A stretch of DNA of 63,506 bases, counting the filler. It is 6 parts of 6 records of this genome, joined end to end, with 100 filler letters (N's around TTAATTAATTAA, not from the genome) between each part and the next. Parts side by side here need not be neighbours in the genome. Positions count along the whole stretch, not along the records: positions 25,138 to 45,039 come from SRR2962707_1623; 5 more parts are not named here. One strand, 5' to 3'. The translations under genes were made by a program, and so were the position numbers. Positions 31,401 through 43,694 of the stretch are shown here, in pieces. The notes under the pieces are model-generated. The model ran no database searches, had not been told where the DNA came from, and saw nothing but the letters and a program-made list of their open reading frames with translations. Numbering within the stretch: the first letter of the stretch is position 1; each line of letters starts with the position of its first letter.

Positions 31401-34400
31401 AGTCGAAATAGGCCTGGGGTTGCGCATGTTGTCAAAAATGGGATTCTACGCAACACTTCCAGCGTTCTTGGAGTTATCGCAGCATTTGGTTGCTTTGTTA
31501 GATGGGCGCACTGACCACGTTGACGACACTGGTGCACCGAATAACTCCAATATCTCCGGTGCCGGACGCGACGGCTTTGCCTTGTTTATCCGAGACAACA
31601 CCCTTCGAAGGAGAACGACATCACTCTCCAAGATGCAGTTGGAGCCCGCGAAGGGTCCTGTTTATGCAATCGCTCCAAACCTGGCGGCACAGTTCAACAG
31701 TGACGATGACGATAGTACAGAGAGTGAGGCTGACGATGGTACCACCGAAGGCGAAACCCACAACGGCGATGATTCGGATGGCGAGGCAACCGACTATGTC
31801 GCTGCTCGCGACTCCGTACGGCCGCGGCGAAGCAAAAGCTCTACCTTGAAATTGCAGCCAAAGATGCGTCAAGCTCGAAGATGCACCCTTTGCTGCTCGA
31901 AACGCACTATCGATGCCGTGATCAACAGCACGCCATACACGTTTGGGTTGCTTGTGTGTGTTCCATTGTCAATGATCACTGTTGTCATGCACTATCTTTC
32001 GGACAGTGTCGTTGGTACACTGGCTGAAGAGTGGACATACTTTTTGGTCGACGCAGCTTTCATGACCATTTTCGCTGCTGACGTCATTTTACGCTCGTGA
32101 GTGTGATTCAGTGACATGGGAACTGGGGTTCGGATTGTGTGACTCAGCACTAATGGACGCGGTGGCTGTGATACAGGTACCTGATGACATGGAAGCGATA
32201 CACGCGTGACGTGCTTTGCGTAGTTGACTTTCTTGTCTCGAGTCTTGATGTACGTTCGGATGTTTCTACTCCAATGCGTGCCGTATGCATGTGATAGCTT
32301 TTTTGTTCTGCTCTATTTTTTTGCTTGATTGCCGCGTACTGATGCTTGGCCATTTAGGTGCTGTCGTTTCTGTTTGCCGTATTTTCGCTTGCCAACTACA
32401 ATGACATTGCATCTGCGCAAGTAACTTGGGTATCGAACGTTGGAAGCGTTGTTGAGTTGTCTCCGATTCTTCGCTTGACGCGCTTCAGTCGCACGATTCG
32501 GCTTTTGCGCGTTGCGCGTGTTGTGCGCGCTGTAACACTGGCTCAAAAAGTCAAGGCCAACGTCGAGGAGACGTTTGTGCCAGCGCCACCTTCAGAGCTT
32601 CGACTGTGCGTGCCAGCGTCGCGAAATGATGTGTTGCTTGTTGAATTTGGCTTGGCTGTGTGTGATAAATTGCGTCCAAATGTTGCACGTGCGCTTTCAA
32701 CGTTCTGTGGTGCTAGGTTTCGATATCGAGTCGAAGAAGGAACTCGGAGCGTGACACAAATAAAGATCGTTGCTGTGGACCTCCTACGTACTTTCGGACG
32801 TTTGAACGATGACATTCGCCTGAACCGCCTCGTCACAAACTGTCAATCATTGTTTGCAAAAACGTCAGAAGAGAGTGCAAGGTGTGTTTAGATCCTGGAT
32901 TATACTTCATTGCTTCACCCCTGTTTGTTTGAACATTGAAGTCAGCGCCACACTGAGCGAAACATTGCTTGGATGTGCAAACGATTTATCAGCAAGTCTT
33001 TGTTAGGAGGTCATGAGTTTAGCGGTCAGACGACCCGTGGGTCAGCGTCCCCGTCAGCTGCAAGATCGGCAATAATATCAAGGCAGCCAACTATCATAGT
33101 ATCGTCACAGCCGGCTCGGCAATCTTCAAGGCCACCTTTATCAGCGTATATTTCCGCCTTCAATACCAGTGTGCAAAAACTATTCGAACATAGACATCAT
33201 CTGGTAAATGAGGTAGATACGGGTCGGTTACGTGTCTCTGCGCGCGCTCAGCAAGCAAAAGTGGAGGCCGTTGTCCAACAGTATCACTCCAATGGTGAAA
33301 CTACGTCACCGGGAACAGCAGCGCCTATTGCTGTGCACACTCGGATGCAAGCGCTTGGGCGCGGCGACCCGCTGTCCCATCGTATTCACCCGATTTCTTC
33401 TACATCCCCGGGGGCACACAGCCACAGAAACGGAATTGGAATCTGCGCGACAGAGTCGCCGAATGTGGACACTCTGCATGTTGCCGCCAATGACGAGATG
33501 GACGTTGAGGAACTCAGCGACTCAACCAGCGACACTGAAGACGAAGGCGTGCTGGTTGCAGTACCCCCAACCTACACTGGCCTGTTACCACATGAGCAAA
33601 CCATGCAGTGGCTTCTTGCCCAGAAATTCTCTCTTTATTTTCACGGAAGTCGTATTTGGGCCAACCATGAAGATCTTCGTCGCATTCCAGGCAAGAACAA
33701 ATTTTGTGGTTGCGCCGGCTGCGCGTGAAGAAGAAATAGTTGTTTACGATTTTAATGTTGTGCCACATGCTTGCACGTTGAAGGAACTATTGTGAGTGGC
33801 GGGATGTTAGAGCACGATGTCGATGCGATTCTGATGGACCTACTTCTATACGACGACCTTGAGCTTGCCTTGAAAGCGCTAACACTCTTGATTCAGAAGT
33901 ACGATTCAAAACTATCGTTGTTCGTAACTGCGAAAACTCCCATGCCATCGCCTGCACATTGAAAACCTTTGACTTTGAGTGCATGCTTCTCTCAGATATC
34001 GGCGGTGGGAATCGCTTCGCGACACTGTATGTGGGGTCCAAATGCTAGGATCTACCAGCGAATTTCAGCATTATGCTATCCTCAGAGGTTGTCTTTTTTG
34101 TGTGTCACTTTTCATTTTCAATGTCGCGTATGGGCACATGATCTGATCTTTTCCTCAATCACAAATATTGCTGTTATTATGCCCTGTGTAAAAAATCAAG
34201 GACACCTAGTCGCGTTGGAACACTTGTTCGAGGAATATGAAGCTTGGAAGGTGCTTGACAATGAACAAGCTGTCGAAGCCAAAACTCAGCGAGTTTTTCA
34301 CTCAATATCTGTCATTAAGCTCCTTCTTACTCCCCCGCGAGTTGGAGCATCGAGCCCGCGCCATCATGGTCCAAGTGATCGTCCATCACCGTTTCGCTCT

Positions 34401-37400
34401 GGATCTTCGTTTCTACGTTCGCATGTTGCAAGCAGCCCAGAATCATCTTGTGGCCAGCGCACGTCACAAAAGCAAGCACAGCAAGCGCTTGTGCATTTAG
34501 GGTTTGCCGATCTGATTGATACTGCGTTTGATATACCTTCGGAATGTGATGATTTCCCTTCGTGGTGGTGGAACGCTCCAGGTTAGAAATGCCTTGAGAA
34601 CCGAAGGTAGTGTTTAGCCAATGTTGCTTTTGTTCTGCGACAGGTCTAATCACGTTTGCCTTTTTTTGAATGGGCAAATGATAGGTCGCCCAGACTTGAC
34701 CGGTGAGAATCAATCAAGTCGCAGCACCATGCCTGAGACGAGGCCAAACGTTGTGATTGCAACGTTTGGAGGAAACATCGAGATGCTCCGGGCAAACGAT
34801 ACCGTTATCAAATTCCAGGACTCATCCGCGGCAAGAAGACAGCAATCCGGTCGCATACGTCGCGCGAAGCCGCTTGTGGCCGAGCAGTCCACTCAATTGA
34901 CGGTGGGTTTTGATTTCCCATGTTGACTGTACCATGCACTGACACGTACTTTTTCTGACGTGCTGTGCCTGGTCGGTGTTTGCTGCGCAACGCGGGGCCG
35001 AAATTTAGGATCCACCCGAGGTCGTGGTTGCGGACACCGACACAGACTCGCAACGGCGCACATTGAGCACTCACGAGGACAGTGGTGGGAGCGAGTTGTC
35101 GCTTATGTTATGGATGGACGCACATCCAGCCAAACGTGGCGTACGACGCAACGAGCATCGGCGACGTGTGATGTTGGGGTGGTTAAATGAGCTGCTTCTT
35201 GGCTTCGCTGACAGCAATGCCGACAATCAGAGATTACTGTTTGAAAAGATTCGCATCTTCATCCGAAATATTGGCCATGTGCAACATAGCGACCAAGTCG
35301 TTGCTGCCATTTTTTCGGGTATGATATCGATATCCTTGTTTGCTTCCAGTCTGAGCGCTGTTGAAGTTCAACTCTGCAGTTATGCATGGGCGCTGTGCCG
35401 TTTTTGGTGTGCAGGCAATTTGGAACTCTGCCGATTAGCCTCACCGCAGCTAGTCCATGGACTCATTGTTCAAATGGAAAGATCTTTTCATTATGGGGTC
35501 TTTGCGCAAGGCCTTGTTTCTGCATTGACAAGTATTGCCATGTCGACCAAGGGAAACCAGTCGGTTCGTTGCATGCTGTTGGGCGCGCTGCATGCGATGA
35601 AACAAATTGGGGTTTCGTATTGGCCAGTGGCTTGTATCTGGCGATTTACTTCTGAACACACTATGTTCATCTGAAAAGCATCAAATTCGCGATACCATCA
35701 TTACATCGATTTGTGCCCGAGCGCTGAATCTGGGATTTTACACACATACTGAAAAGCGAAACTCCGTTCTGCATCAAATCATTCACGAAGCATCAACCAA
35801 ATTGCGCGATGCAGCTTCATGGACAGCCTCGTGAGTGTTGGCTGTACTTTCCACTTTCCACACTCTGTTGTTGTAAGACTCCAAGCAGCCGAAAACGATT
35901 TTGCTGAAAAGTATTTACCGGTATATCACTTTCAGGTATATTGTCGAATTTGTTCCGGGAAGCCAGCGTTCAAAGGAGCTGAAGCAAAACCTAGACAATC
36001 CTGCCAAAGTCTCTGCGGAAAGCCCTCGAGAAGTCTTGCAGGGACGGCAACCAAGTCGCAGGCTACGGCGAAGGCAAACTTCACAAACTCAGTTTGAGTC
36101 AGTGCCTAGACATCGTCGGCGATCCAACACCACAAGATCGCTTCCTCCATCAGCCGACATTAGGGCTGATCAGCAGCGACATCGTCGACGATTACAGCAT
36201 TTCGTTGGCGCTGCACCGTTCATGCATGCACACATGAGCACAATGCGACTGCTGCTCGCTTGTTGCGGTTCGTGGTGTGCGTGTTGGTTTTATGACCTGT
36301 TTTTGGCATTCGCAAGCCAGTGACCTTGCTTGCATTGTGGCAGGTTCCGGGGTTGGCAACGACTCTCTCCTCGCCCAGAAGTGCCAAACCCTCTATCCTG
36401 CTGCGACTTTGGTACGTTTTTAGTCAAGCATGTTTGGTTTGGTGTAACTTGTGTGATCATTGCCATAGATGAACCTGGAAGGTGGATGCGTGTGTGTGCA
36501 TGTACCTCCTGTTGAAGACGGCTCTTGTATGCGAACCCGACATTCTCTGGAACGCGCGCGTGATATACATTGATCTACTGAGTAGCCTTTACATTGACAC
36601 TGCAGCACCGACGAAAGGGTGAGCACTATTCATGGTTTGGCTTTTGTTTTTGAATCATGTCGACGCATTGGATTGAGAACAGCTTTTAAATGTCGGTGCA
36701 GATTTGTCAGCGAGTCGAATTTACCAGGCGTGGTGGATGTATTTGCGCGGACCATCCAGGTTGATGACGTTCATTGATTGATGAATGCTATTTTTTGTTG
36801 TGATTTAACATTGTAAGCACCGCCCAGCCAACAATTGCCATTTGCTTGACACGGCTTTGTCTGCACGGTGGAGTTTAGGTTTATTCCAGCATGAATGCTC
36901 AGCGGCCTGACCTTCAGCTTGAGCTTCAGAATTTTTTAGTCCAACCAGGTTTAGAAGGTGGAGCCAAACTAGATCCGTTGCGCCACAGCGTCGTCGCAGA
37001 TCTGCGCCAACATCCAGCATTTTTCCTGACACACTTGTATTGCCAAGTTTTACCCGTTCTCGCCACTTTTATGAATCGATATGGACCAAACTTGTGCGCG
37101 CTTCTTTCCTGTTTCTCAAATGGCTTTACGTATCCTCGTTGTGGAACGATTGATGACAGTGCCTGCTGTGCTGATCCGGACAGATATATGGCCAGTCTTC
37201 GCAGCAGCACGCACCTCAAAGACAGTTTATCCAACGTACGTGCAGCAGCTTGTTCTGTCTGGCATACAGTATTTGACGAGCCATTCGTTTCCCCTCTCTT
37301 ATCGCGCGCGTGTTCGTTGCTTTTTGATGAAATAAGATACTGCACGTCATATGTGAGCTCTTTCGCTCAACTTCGAGCATTGAACGATGGTTTGGTTCGT

Positions 37401-40400
37401 CAACCCAAGATGATGGCAGCAGTAGATCAGCGGTTGTGGGAGGGCGGTGGAGAATGGGTGACAGAATCCAAGACCTTACGTCGACCACGTTACTGCAATG
37501 GCGCCTTGCGCTCTGCATTGCGCAGTTTGAAGATGTGTGCGTGCTTTCAGTTTGTACACGCAACCACGTTTTTGAAACCGCTTTCATTTTGATCAGTTTT
37601 ATGAACCACCTGTCTCATATAGGTTTGAGTTGCTGCTGTGGGACAGCTTTGACCCAAAGACTTATCTGGACGAGAAGGACATTCGAGCGCTGAAAAACGC
37701 CGTGGCTTCGGCCCAGCGCTTCGAAGTTCCAAGTGGTGATGTGTCTGCGAGAGCCAGCTTGCTGGTTTGTTCAACCTGGTACGATCTCGTGTGCACTGTT
37801 TCGCCATGCAACTCATGATGCGACGTGAGGTTGAATGGATGTGGAACAAATATTGTTGGTTTTAGGCCGCATTTTCCTGTGTTGGCAGAACATGACATCG
37901 AGGAATACAATTCTAGTTTTGGAAAACGCCGGCTCCCGAGGCGACGCGGTGGTCCACCCGTTGTTGAGCAACACTCGCTTCCTCAAATTTTTGAGCGATG
38001 TGCACAACTTGCATTCGGGCAAGGCCAGTCCGGTGGCAGCTCCCAGACCACGTTCGGAACCCAGGGAGCCAATACAAGTATTCACATCACTGTAAGCTGG
38101 GCGTTTGCCGTGCTGTCACACGTGCATGCTCATGCTCTTGACGCCTTGAGTACCGAACGTGATTTTTTGAATTCTCCGTGGGCTAATCAGGACGAGGATA
38201 CTCACGGGGCGCGAGCTTCTCGGTTGAGGCAGAACTTGGTCAAGCAAATGATGTCTCTCCCACAAACGGTCTGTCTTTTTCCAGGAATAAACCATTGGTT
38301 TCGTTTCGAGTGAAAGTAGTGTATTACCACTCATTTATTTTGCGAAATTTACTTCACAGATCAATGGACCGGAGGGCGTGGGCGATCAGCCGTTGGACAG
38401 CTGCACGCTGCCAAACGTTTTGCAACGCATGATTGTCCTGGTGCAGCATTCGCTTGAGCCAGTACCCGGCGAGCGGTGAGCAGTGTTGAACATTTTTTCT
38501 GCCCCCTGTTTATTCCTCTTCTTTTTGCTATCGTGCGTGTGCATGCCGCTCACTGACATGTGCATCGAACGATTCTTGCATTAGCTTTAGTTTGAAGTTC
38601 GGGTCTCCATCATTGGTTCAGGCCGCCTCACAAGTGGTCTCTATTCTGAAGGTACACACGACATGATGCCAACTTTGGGTTTTATGCTTAGATTGGAGAC
38701 ATTATACGTTTGAATCGTGCGCATGCCGCATGCTCATCACAGGCCATCGTCGATTCTGTTGGAGTTCACCACAATGGCAGCGGGGTTGTTCGGCGCACTC
38801 TTCCTGCGCTGCAAGAGCAGGCACGTTAGCGGTTGGTGCAAGACTTCATGCCATCATTCGCACCAACCGCTGTCACAAATATGTTTGTTTCAATGCAGGT
38901 CTCTCTTGTTGGGGGCGTTGAACTTGTATTGGCGCTTGTGTCTTCGAGCGTGCCAGATGACCTGTTCCTGAAGGCCGTTGAACTTGGTATTGTTCTAGTC
39001 GCTGCCGAGCGAGTTCCTGCACAGGATGTGATGCACGGAGTTAGCAGTTCACCACCAAGCGAGTTTGTCAACGTGACTCCCCCCACAAACGATTTTTTTC
39101 GGCGCATTGGGCTCACGAACTTTGTTGCTTGCAACTCCAAAATGCAGCGGCATTTTTTTCAACGCCTTTTGCATGAAGCTGGCGCCAGTGAGGCCTTTAT
39201 GTTGGGTGTACGGCGTCGACTTGAGCTCGCAATGCAGGTTGTCGCTCGCACAAAAATGTTTGCCGACGAAGAGCACATTCCTGAGCTTGGGGCCTTCACG
39301 AGTTCTCGCATCGAATCTCCAATGGCCGCGCATCAGACTCTGGCGCAGCAGCCGCCTCCGTCAAATTCGGCGGTTTTACGCCTGCACACGCAGATTCCAA
39401 AAGGAATTGGAGAAGCCGCTGCTGGAGCCATGCACGGCGCGAGTTCAGCTACCCCCTCTTTCGGACGAAAACTCCGCGACGCGCAAAATTTGCCATCACG
39501 TGAACGACTGCCTTTTGGTCAGACCCCAAGTGCTTGGAGTCTTCGGATGGTTCAAATGCTTTACCTCTTGGTGCTCAGTGGGTCTGAAACGCACAAGTCG
39601 TTGTTCAAAGAGCAGGCTCATGCAGCAGTCTCCGTGAATTTGCTTGACACAATTGTCAAGTACTTCGGAACTTTTGCAGGTGCGTTTGCTGTTATCGCCA
39701 CAATTGCGAGATGCCTAAGCGCTTCGGAGCACAGTAATGATCAATGTATCTGTTTCTCTTCCTTTTAATCAATGCCAGAGAGATTTTGCATTAGCCCTTC
39801 GATCTTGACAGCCCTGGCGGTGTCATCGAACCTACTGTGTGCCCTGCTCGACGGCCCTTGCAAGAAAAACCAAGTGCATTTGGTGGGTTTTCAGTGCTGT
39901 TGCTCTCACTTGCCTTTTACGATTGTGCACCGAAGGAGTTGAATTTTGATTGTGTTGATGTGTAGGCGACCCGAACTGATCTCCTCGACACTGTGAACCA
40001 TTTGTTGCGTTGCCTTGCCGCGGCTCACGACACGTATGCGAGGCATCTACCTTTCATGAATCGATCGCGAACGACTGTCTCCGACCGTAAGAAAAAAGTA
40101 TCGTCAATGCCTTTGAGCGGAGAAACGGAAGAGTGGTACTTCGACGTTCTCATGCTGTTGTACCGTGTCGAGGAGAACCTACTTCGTTTGGTAGGTTGGT
40201 TTAGCGAGTGATGGGTGATGTGGTGCTTTACCTGTGTGCACGGTACAATCATTTGCCTGCTTTTGAAATGTGTGTTAGTGCCTCGGCATGATTGATGGCT
40301 TGAGTAACCCGACTGTAGTGGAAAAGGTTCACACAACGCTTAAATTTCATCTGTGGTGAGTTTAGTTCTAAAGTGTCGCTTGTCTGCTCGGAACTGTGCA

Positions 40401-43400
40401 CGCCGTGTCTACAATTTAAAAACAAAATCTTGTTGCACAGGCTGGAACGCCTGGGTTCAATGCGCAAGCTTGTTCACGGCCTTGGTGGGCGCGAGCTTGA
40501 ATTGCCGCCGTCTCCATCAATTGAAGCACAGCGACGCTACTCGATTGTTCAAAAAAATTTGACAATTGGTGAGCACTGTTTGTGTTTTGCTGATTGCCTT
40601 TATGATTGTATTGCAAGAGTACGTTGCCTGCTTGGCATAGGGGTTTGTTCGTTCTTTATTCATGGATGTTGCTTCGGGGCACAGGTCATAGTTTAATGAT
40701 GCTCGTCCACTACATTGGGGAATTATTTCCGGAATGGTACCAACATTTGATGGAGCGTGCTGCAACAACACGGGCACCAGATTATTTTGATACGGGACTG
40801 CGCCGCGTTGAGGTGTTTTGGTGTAACCGTGTTCACGCTGCGTACTTTCCTACTCTGGCAATGTGCAAGTAAGGGCAAAGCGTTTCAGTGCAGAATATCA
40901 ACCGTTGTTTCACCCAAAATTCGCTGTACTGACGGTAATTCCTGTTGGACTTGCCACAAATGCGGGCACAATGTTTTTGTTGTTGCACCAGGTCAATTCC
41001 TCAAGCCCGTCTCGACAGTCTCCTCGAGTCCGTTGACCGACAAAACCATGACACGAAATTGAATGGCTTTACTTCTATTGCCAAGGATCTGTACATCTCA
41101 ATGCGTCATTCGGCGTTGTCAGTTTGCCGCCTTGTTCTCGGTCATTATTTTATTTTGCTTGAGTCCGCAAATGCAAACATTTATCGTTATTACGGACCTG
41201 GTATTCGTCCTGCGCCATAGGTTGAAGCAAAAACGCCTTGACGTGCTTTTCAGTGAGCGGAAACTCATGTACGTCAATCACCGACAGATACTCACCTCTG
41301 CATTTTTCGCATCACTCGCTATCTAGTCCTTGGTTGCCACCTTCATCCACGTTTTCGTTTGTGAAATGTGGACAACCAAAAAGGTACACTCAAAACACTA
41401 AATTCGCGTTGGCACTTCTTATCAACGGCTTCATATTTTTGTTCATGGAAGCATCGCACAGCGACAGCCATGACCAAGAGCTTCTTCTGACCAACACCTG
41501 GTTGCAGGATAGTTTTCTCGACAGTGCGGGTGGACCGGATGCGTTCGTGCAGGTGCGACAAACGTGTCGTCAGGCGGCTGCATGCTGTTTCCATCGCGTG
41601 TTGCATCATATTGAGTGCACGGATCGAAACACTTTCTGGCTCGGTTGAACACAGGTGCTGGGATATCTTCAACTCTTTGCAGCCCTATACGTAATGGTTT
41701 GCCGCTACGTACTTTCGCTGCCAATTTTCTACGCGCGGCATCACAGCATCCTGGCAGCAATGCTAGACCCTCAAGTGGTGTACCCCTTAGCGTAAGAATT
41801 GCGTGTGTTTGATTTGGCCCTCGCAACTTGAAGTTCTTTCGCATACTAGTGGACTCTTTGGGAAACACATTTGATTTTTCGCTTTGTCGTGTTTTGGAAC
41901 AGTTACGTTGCTGTTTGTGCGGTTGGATTGTGGTCGGGATTTCTCTACGTTTACTGCTTTTGTTTCCTGGTACGTGACGCCAGTCGGTGCAAATTGGGAG
42001 TTTTCAATTTTGCTTCCCTCGCGCGTGTTTGAGAGCCGAACAACAAATATCTTCCTCGGCATTGCTTCTAGGATATCGTGGAGCGTTCAAAGAATGTGCA
42101 ACATGTGCTCTTCGCTGTTACCCGCCCAATCCGACAAATCATGTTGACCATGACCCTGCTACTCATCGTGCTCATCATTTACGGCTACACCGTGTTTTAT
42201 TTCAACCGCGAAAAGGTGTGGAGTCCGTAAAATGGATTGCACTCGTTCTTATGGGTTCTGTGTGCGCAGGCTTGATCAGTGGTGCGCTTGATCGATGTGA
42301 CAGGTTGATACGGGCGAGTGCTACTCAATGTTTTCATGCGTCCTTTGGGTAATCTACGTTGGTGCTCGATATGGCGGCGGCATAGCGGACGGTATCAACG
42401 ACTATGACATTTACTTTGAGCAGGCAACATGGTTGTCGGTTTCGTTCCTGATCGGTACGGGTTTGCCTGAGCACTGCAAGCGGTTCTTTCGTTAAAACCA
42501 AACTCATTGTTTGCTTTGCGCTGCTTGACATGATGTCGTTCAGGCCTCAGCTTCTACGTTGTGGTGAACCTCATTTTGTTGAACCTTGTGTTCGGCATCA
42601 TCATTGATAAATTTGCTGAGCTGCGTCAAGATCGAGACACCAAGTTGTATGACCAGGTTTGCTGCATTTGTCTGTTGCTTTCTCCACACGCTCCAAATCA
42701 ACTTTGAAGCATTTTTCAGCACACTGCACGTCGTCGTTCCGTCCGCTTGGCAGGAAAATTTCTGTTTCATTTGCGGACTCTCAAGGCGGGAATTTGAAAT
42801 GTCGCAGCAAACTAACTTTCACACACACACCAAGCAAGTGCACAACCCATGGGCTTATTTGCAATACATTGTGTACATCAGCGAGAAACCACGCCAGTCT
42901 CTGTCTGGCATAGAGAGGTGCGTCGCCTGAAGGATTTAATTTCACGCAGTTGATGTGGCTCATTGGTGCACACTCGCGCGGAGTCCCATGTGAACTCGTG
43001 GTCTTTCTTTGATCGGCTTCCCGACCCGTAGGCACGTGGCACGGTGTTTAGACGTGAATAAAATCAAATGGTTTCCGCAAGGATTCGCCTCCGACCTTGT
43101 GCTGCATGGAGTGGCCAATGAATCCAATGGGGGAACTGCAGTTGACGACAATGCACGCCACATCGACGCTAACGGCCGTGTCCCAAATGACAACGACGCA
43201 GATCATAGCGTGCGTTCTGTTAACAACTTTGTGAATGAACCTGAACTCGACCATACAGGGACATGTGTTCTCCAAAATGCCGACTCATAAGGTTGGTGCC
43301 ACTAAATGTGCTGTTGCGCAGCCTGCGTTGCCGGAAGCCATTTTGCAAGCTATTCAGAAATTGGATGAGCGCATGCAGACCATCGAACAGCTGCAGGAAT

Positions 43401-43539
43401 GTTCCGTTTTTTGCACCGTATTTTGAACCCACTATGTGCCGGTTGCGACCTGTGCATCAACATGGATTTTTTTTTTCGGCTGCAGGCTTTGTCACAAATG
43501 GAAACAGTCGGATTTGACCAGGATGAATCGCCGCCGTGA
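25437..43539 (+). CDS. Multi-exon IP3-receptor-family Ca2+-release channel with an inserted voltage-sensor domain
   Basis: Collinear IP3R motifs: MLRYGDVVTL, CLFQLIP, EEKQN...VVYGGITQLRHVSTGKYLT, GSVVRLVH, SLWIVE, QKLVREQ, MLHNNRKLL, HLWIDRSPQ, GFY...LLDG, DGPCKKNQ, RVEVFW...YFP, pore GGGIAD, NLVFGIIIDKFAELR, CFICG...HTKQVHNPW, KWFP; many short GT-AG introns. Exact exon model not fully resolved. Confidence 0.92.
31930..32560 (+). other. S1-S4 voltage-sensor domain encoded by three exons inside the IP3R gene
   Basis: S1 PYTFGLLVCVPLSMITVVMHYL; S2 FLVDAAFMTIFAADVILR; S3 VLCVVDFLVSSLD/VLSFLFAVF; S4 RLTRFSRTIRLLRVARVVR (32472-32528). Introns 32097-32176 and 32250-32357 keep the frame. Confidence 0.85.
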
Positions 43540-43694
43540 CAGTCTTTGGCATGGTTCACGGTGCGAATAATTTCTTGAAATGCACCAATAGGCCGGTTTG
43601 TTTTTTATTCATAATAATGACCTGCATAAGTGGTACGAATGCCACACACCTCCCAAACCTCACTGTGGCGACCAAAGCTGCGTTTTGGCTGCGG

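Noticed and set aside
31930-32560. VSD as a separate nested Kv/Hv/TPC gene
   Set aside because: No own start or pore; it is in the same open exon as upstream IP3R sequence and splices in frame to downstream IP3R sequence.
25437-43539. Ryanodine receptor or pseudogene call
   Set aside because: Motifs match IP3R (HNNRKLL, QKLxREQ, WFP) and no SPRY or RyR repeats were recognised; the stops I checked fall within GT-AG introns.
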